DNA of 64,000 nucleotides from an uncultured bacterium (GTDB taxonomy: Bacteria; Oederibacteriota; JAAXVQ01), in assembly GCA_964604705.1 (NCBI GenBank), contig CAZSAP010000013.1, positions 21,388 through 85,387 of the forward strand, given 5' to 3'. The notes beneath the pieces are model-generated. The model was given only the letters and a program-made list of their open reading frames with translations, was not told the origin of the DNA and ran no database searches. Positions 59,762-64,000 of this stretch are shown here, in pieces (the stretch's first letter is position 1; each line of letters opens with the position of its first letter). The position numbers and the translations under genes were made by a program.

Positions 59762-60691
59762 CTAGCGGCGTTTCCGAAACAACTCATACCCACCCAAGAG
59801 CGAAACCGCCATGCCCATGGGAATGAGATAGTAGATACCGCGGAAGGCCAGCAACATGCCCATGATGACCGAAGGAGAATAATACGGCTGTAAGAGTAAA
59901 AGGATGACGGTTTCAAACACGCCCAACCCCCCCGGCACTTGGCTGCTCATGCCGGCAATCTGCCCGATCAAGTAAATGCCCAAGAACGAAAAATATCCTA
60001 AATTGGGCAAGGGCGGGAGCAAGGCGTACAGAATCGCGGCCGCGGTCATCCAATCCAAACACGACGCCACTACCTGTCCCAAGGCTATTCCCGGCGTCGG
60101 CATTTGAAACGACCAGGTGCGAATTCTCAAGACCCGCTCGTGCCCAAAACTCAAAACCCCATAAGTGGCTACCAGCAGCAACAAAGCCCCCCCCAACCAA
60201 CGAATGGCCACGGGAGTGAGTGTGAACGAGGCCGGTAGGGTCATGGCACCAAAGGCAAACGCCGTACCCCCTAAGGTACAAAACCCCAGCCAAAACGTTA
60301 TGCCGCAGAAGGCAATGATCTTGGCAATGTCCATGGCCGGAATGTTCCAGAGCGAATAGAACCGGTAGCGAATAGAACCCGAGGTTAAAAACGTCATGCC
60401 AATGTTATGGCTAAATGCATATCCAATAAACGAGGTCATGCCGGCCTGAGGATACGGCAGAGAATGTCGGATGTAGCGCAGGGCCAACACATCGTACAGC
60501 GTGAGGAAAAAATAATTCAGCACCATGAAGGTCAGGGCCGCGACCACGCGTTGACGAGGCAGGTTGCGAAAATGATCAAACACTTCCTTGAAATTATATG
60601 TTCTCAGTTCGTGCACCAAAACCCAGATCGCCAGGATAAACAGTATGGCGCCGACGATCGTACCGATCCATTGAAGTGTTTTCTTCTGCAT
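59762..60691 (-). CDS. UPF0104 / lysylphosphatidylglycerol-synthase-TM-region family membrane protein (flippase-like)
   Basis: 309 aa with 8 TM helices. Shows the family's conserved N-terminal helix plus Arg pattern and GxxxG segments. Confidence 0.6.
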   Translation of the reverse strand: MQKKTLQWIGTIVGAILFILAIWVLVHELRTYNFKEVFDHFRNLPRQRVVAALTFMVLNYFFLTLYDVLALRYIRHSLPYPQAGMTSFIGYAFSHNIGMTFLTSGSIRYRFYSLWNIPAMDIAKIIAFCGITFWLGFCTLGGTAFAFGAMTLPASFTLTPVAIRWLGGALLLLVATYGVLSFGHERVLRIRTWSFQMPTPGIALGQVVASCLDWMTAAAILYALLPPLPNLGYFSFLGIYLIGQIAGMSSQVPGGLGVFETVILLLLQPYYSPSVIMGMLLAFRGIYYLIPMGMAVSLLGGYELFRKRR

Positions 60692-60722
60692 GCGGGTTCC
60701 TTTTCCTAGTTGACTTGACGAC

Positions 60723-61289
60723 TTATGGCCGAAGGTCGAAGGTCTTGATCAGCGCCTGAGCACTGAGGTGCAACACGGCCCCTTGCTTGTGCACGTAGGC
60801 GGCTTTGGCCAGAGCCACTGCCCGAACAGCGGCCGACAAGTCCCGAGCACCCAAGTCCCGTATCTTTGACGTCCCAGGGTACGCCCGCAACGGTTCGCAA
60901 TAATCGGCCACAAAAATAATTTGATCCAACCGGGTCATGTTCGGTGCGCCTGTGGAATGCAACGCAATGGCCCGCAGGATGCCTGAGTCCCGAACCCCGT
61001 ACGTATGTTGGGCCAGGTACACCCCGGCCGGATTATGCCACAGCGCGGGACAGGCTCGCGTGGCTGCGGAAAAGTAGCGTCCGCGATACATCCGCAAAAG
61101 TTCACGCTGCTGCTCCCAGGTTAGACCGCGCGCGCAATCGTGCAGCAGTCCTGCCACAAACGCGCGTTCGGGATGAACACCCCAACGCAGAGCCCAGACA
61201 CGGGCCAGCTTCGCCACCGACATCGTATGCGCCCAACGTCGGGAGGGAAGCGCTTGTTTTAATTTTTTTTCAAGGATTTCAAGCTTCAA
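60723..61289 (-). CDS. yqeK: HD-domain hydrolase, YqeK-like (bis(5'-nucleosyl)-tetraphosphatase family)
   Basis: Motif HTMSVAKLARVWALRWGVHPERAFVAGLLHDCAR. 188 aa. Confidence 0.65.
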   Translation of the reverse strand: MKLEILEKKLKQALPSRRWAHTMSVAKLARVWALRWGVHPERAFVAGLLHDCARGLTWEQQRELLRMYRGRYFSAATRACPALWHNPAGVYLAQHTYGVRDSGILRAIALHSTGAPNMTRLDQIIFVADYCEPLRAYPGTSKIRDLGARDLSAAVRAVALAKAAYVHKQGAVLHLSAQALIKTFDLRP

Positions 61290-61301
61290 CGGATGACGAT
61301 C

Positions 61302-61478
61302 TTACCGGCCCATGGTCAACCATACCAAGGCACCCAATGTGACCCCGGCGGCAACCCAAACCAAAATCGTTTTAATCATTTCACCCGGCCCGCCGGGAAT
61401 GGAACGAAGCCGCTGGGCATGTTCGGTCATATCCAATTCCTGAACCGCTTTATTCCGGCTTTTATTGCGTTTCCGCAT
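61302..61478 (-). CDS. Candidate small (58 aa) tail-anchored membrane protein, not in the ORF track
   Basis: Manual translation MRKRNKSRNKAVQELDMTEHAQRLRSIPGGPGEMIKTILVWVAAGVTLGALVWLTMGR. It has a basic N-terminus and a single C-terminal TM helix. It fills the gap between the permease gene and yqeK on the same strand. Confidence 0.3.
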   Translation of the reverse strand: MRKRNKSRNKAVQELDMTEHAQRLRSIPGGPGEMIKTILVWVAAGVTLGALVWLTMGR

Positions 61479-61528
61479 GTGTGAATCCCCCTATGGGTTG
61501 GTGCTTTATATTTCCGAGTCCGCGTACC

Positions 61529-62413
61529 CTAGCCCTGCATGCCCGTGAACACCACGCCCCGGACAATGTATTTCTGGAACGCCAAATAAATAAGTATCGT
61601 GGGCAGCGTGGTCAAGGTGACCACGGCCATCACCACGTTCCACGGTTCGCCCGCTTCTACCATCTTGTGCACACCCAACATCAACGTATACATCTTCGGA
61701 TCGTTCAACACAATCAAAGGCCAGAAAAAAGAATTCCAGGTGGTGATGAAACTGAAGATCCCCAGCACGGTAAAAATCGGCAGCGAAAGTGGCAACACGA
61801 TCTTCCGGAAGATCATAAACTCCGAGCAGCCGTCCAGGCGGGCTGCATCCAGCAAATCGTCGGGCAAGCGCTCAAAAAAACTTTTCATGATCAGAATATT
61901 AAAAGCCGAAACCACCGTGGGCAGGATCAGTCCCCAGTAGGTGGAGATCAAGTTGGTGTGGGGCAACGACTCGGCCGGAAAGCTTTTCATGACCAAGTAC
62001 AGCGGGATCAACAGACTCTCCACGGGAATCATCAGCGTGGAAAGAAACAAAATCATCAACAGCTTTCCCATGGGCGGACGCAACTTGGCAAAGGCATAGG
62101 CGGCCAAGGAAGAGAGGACCAGTTGGCCGGCCACCACGCCGAAACAATAAATCACAGAATTAAAAATATAAGTTGCAAACGGCACATGCGTCCACGCAAT
62201 CTTGTAGGACGACCAATCCAAACTGCCGTAAAACCACTTGGGGGGCCAGCTGAACATGGTCTGGGCCGGTGCCAGCGAGGTGGCCACCATCCATAAAAAG
62301 GGCACAACCATGACCAACGCCAAAGCCCCCATGGAGCCTGTGGCAAAGAACATCCCGATCTTGACCCAGGGATTGCGCCAATCGCTGGGAGAAAGCATGC
62401 CGCGTTGATCCAT
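61529..62413 (-). CDS. Carbohydrate ABC transporter permease (MalG-like)
   Basis: Six TM helices and an EAA-loop region (DAARLDGCSEFMIFRKIVLP). Confidence 0.85.
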   Translation of the reverse strand: MDQRGMLSPSDWRNPWVKIGMFFATGSMGALALVMVVPFLWMVATSLAPAQTMFSWPPKWFYGSLDWSSYKIAWTHVPFATYIFNSVIYCFGVVAGQLVLSSLAAYAFAKLRPPMGKLLMILFLSTLMIPVESLLIPLYLVMKSFPAESLPHTNLISTYWGLILPTVVSAFNILIMKSFFERLPDDLLDAARLDGCSEFMIFRKIVLPLSLPIFTVLGIFSFITTWNSFFWPLIVLNDPKMYTLMLGVHKMVEAGEPWNVVMAVVTLTTLPTILIYLAFQKYIVRGVVFTGMQG

Positions 62414-62417
62414 GACG

Positions 62418-63965
62418 TTATTCTCCTTCCGGGGCCAAACGCCGCAAACGGAACACGGTGATGACCAACAGCATCATCAGCATCATGAACGAGAGCGCCG
62501 AGGCGTATCCGATATCCATATAGAAAAAAGCCTGCTTGTATATGTACGTGGCAATCACTTCCGTTGAATTCATGGGCCCACCGTTGGTGAGGATGAAGAC
62601 CTCGGTGAAAATTTGAATGGTGTTGATTACCGTGATGATCAGCATGACACCCGTGATCGCCCGAATCGAAGGCAGGGTCACATGCCAGATCTTGCCCCAA
62701 ACCGTGGCGCCATCCAGCTCGGCTTCCTCATACAGGGTCTCATCGATGTTGCTTAAGGCCGCCGAGTAGATCAAAATGGCCCAACCGGTGTTTTTCCATA
62801 TGTACAAGATAACAATCGAGAGCAGGGATAAATTCGGCGTGGTCAGCCAGCCGATATGCGGATCGGCCACGCCGAAGAGTGCCACCACGGCATTAAGCAG
62901 ACCAAACCCCTGGTCCAAAATCCATTTCCAAAGAATCGCGGCCGGCACCGAGGGCATCAGGAACGGCAGGAAGAAAAGAAATTTCAACATGCCCTTTCCC
63001 CATTTAATTTCATTGAGCATGATGGATAAAAACACCGGGAGCCAGAAGCCCAAGGCCAGGGCCATGGCGCAAAACCCTCCGGCGTGCATGAGGGTCCGCC
63101 AAAACATTTCATCGTGGAAGGCGCGTACGTAATTGGCCGCTCCAACAAAGGTGGACGTCCCAATTGGAGCGTAGTTAAACAACGAAATAAAGAACCCTTT
63201 AATCATCGGGTACCAAGAAAACAAAGAGAAACCTATAAAGGCCGGGAGCAAAAACAACAATGACACTTTGGACACCCGGCGGACTTTAACCTTAAACAGG
63301 CGGTCAAACGAAATCCCGAGATCCACGGTGTCCTTGGGAGGTTTAAACGTGATCGGGGGCGTGGGTATCGCCAACTTCGGCATCTTAGGCTTGCGTAACG
63401 GTGGCTGCTCCCAACGCACTGTCCGTCGTGCGCGCCGCAGTTCCTCGTGGGTGGGTGGCGGAAGTTTTGAAGGCTCAGGTTCGGATTCAGGCTCAAAAAC
63501 AGGCTCGTCAACCGGCGCCACACTATCGGTCGGTTCGGGAATCACCGGTTCCACCATCGGTGCACCATGCAATCCGGGTGGGGGTGTGCTCACAATGCGC
63601 GACACAACCGGTTCTTCTTCTATGGTCTCGGCCGAAGAGGTCAACTCGGCCGTCAGGTCCACGGTCGGAACCGCATGTTGCGGCTCCGGAACATACTCCG
63701 CCTGAACATCCCGGATCAATTCTTCGGGTACAACAAAATCCGCGCCGGGCAAGGTCGCCCCGGCTTGTTTGATCAAATCGGACATGTCCGTGGATTTGCG
63801 CGGTTCTGTGGACGGAAGCGGTGTCTCGGGTGCCGCGGGGCGAGCTCCCCCCGTTTTTTTCGCATCGGCCACATTGGGAATAACCACACCGGCCGCGGCC
63901 ATGCGTGCGGTGCGCGGAATTATATCCGCGCCCGCATCGTTGCTGATGCCGGACAATTCATCCAA
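62418..63965 (-). CDS. Carbohydrate ABC transporter permease (MalF-like) with a ~215-aa acidic/Pro-rich N-terminal extension. It may extend further upstream, beyond the window.
   Basis: The C-terminal ~300 aa form a MalF-type permease with an EAA loop (EAELDGATVWGKIWHVTLP). The N-terminal 215 aa are low-complexity (PEP, EPE and TPP runs). Confidence 0.8.
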   Translation of the reverse strand: MDELSGISNDAGADIIPRTARMAAAGVVIPNVADAKKTGGARPAAPETPLPSTEPRKSTDMSDLIKQAGATLPGADFVVPEELIRDVQAEYVPEPQHAVPTVDLTAELTSSAETIEEEPVVSRIVSTPPPGLHGAPMVEPVIPEPTDSVAPVDEPVFEPESEPEPSKLPPPTHEELRRARRTVRWEQPPLRKPKMPKLAIPTPPITFKPPKDTVDLGISFDRLFKVKVRRVSKVSLLFLLPAFIGFSLFSWYPMIKGFFISLFNYAPIGTSTFVGAANYVRAFHDEMFWRTLMHAGGFCAMALALGFWLPVFLSIMLNEIKWGKGMLKFLFFLPFLMPSVPAAILWKWILDQGFGLLNAVVALFGVADPHIGWLTTPNLSLLSIVILYIWKNTGWAILIYSAALSNIDETLYEEAELDGATVWGKIWHVTLPSIRAITGVMLIITVINTIQIFTEVFILTNGGPMNSTEVIATYIYKQAFFYMDIGYASALSFMMLMMLLVITVFRLRRLAPEGE

Positions 63966-64000
63966 TGATTCGTCGCGCGTGACAATGGAATCCTCGATCT

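Overview
This is a 64-kb chromosomal segment from a Gram-negative bacterium of about 55-60% GC, read from the sequence alone, and almost every gene lies on the minus strand. The type IX secretion system (T9SS)-like C-terminal sorting domains, the PorV/PorP-like outer-membrane barrels and the lipopolysaccharide (LPS) inner-core genes suggest the Fibrobacteres-Chlorobi-Bacteroidetes (FCB) superphylum or an allied candidate phylum. That phylum placement is an inference and should be checked.

The first ~18 kb is a run of housekeeping genes: a partial hppA, a TIGR01212 radical SAM gene, mnmG, rsmB, htpX, a PilZ gene, rnhA, kdsA and pyrG. Next come two LPS inner-core blocks. The first holds kdsB, a split rfaE (heptose kinase plus adenylyltransferase) and gmhA. 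The second holds a glycosyltransferase family 9 (GT9) heptosyltransferase, gmhB and an msbA-like transporter.

Interleaved with these are three PorV/PorQ/PorP-like outer-membrane beta-barrel paralogues. One is fused to tetratricopeptide (TPR) repeats and one to an OmpA domain. Each sits next to a large secreted protein that ends in a T9SS-type C-terminal sorting domain.

The central part carries metK behind a textbook sigma70 promoter. Beside it is a three-gene plus-strand unit: an MgtE-N/CBS regulatory protein, a non-canonical NRAMP transporter lacking the transition-metal methionine, and a B12-binding radical SAM enzyme. An HDOD gene, a PilZ gene and a diacylglycerol-kinase-like gene follow. 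A TonB-dependent receptor, a lipoprotein and an outer-membrane barrel gene come next.

Further on is a glycoside hydrolase family 13 (GH13) glycosidase followed by a five-gene cluster of unknown function. That cluster holds a 2-hydroxyacyl-CoA-dehydratase / double-cubane-like protein and its ATPase activase, bracketed by two NapH-like membrane polyferredoxins. The window ends with the cargo/barrel cluster, a UPF0104 flippase-like gene, a yqeK-like HD hydrolase and two sugar ABC permeases.

Several non-coding oddities are also reported: a G-rich structured element upstream of hppA, nested palindromes upstream of gmhA, and a MITE-like inverted repeat (MITE: miniature inverted-repeat transposable element). 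No rRNA, tRNA, CRISPR array, integrase or transposase was seen.
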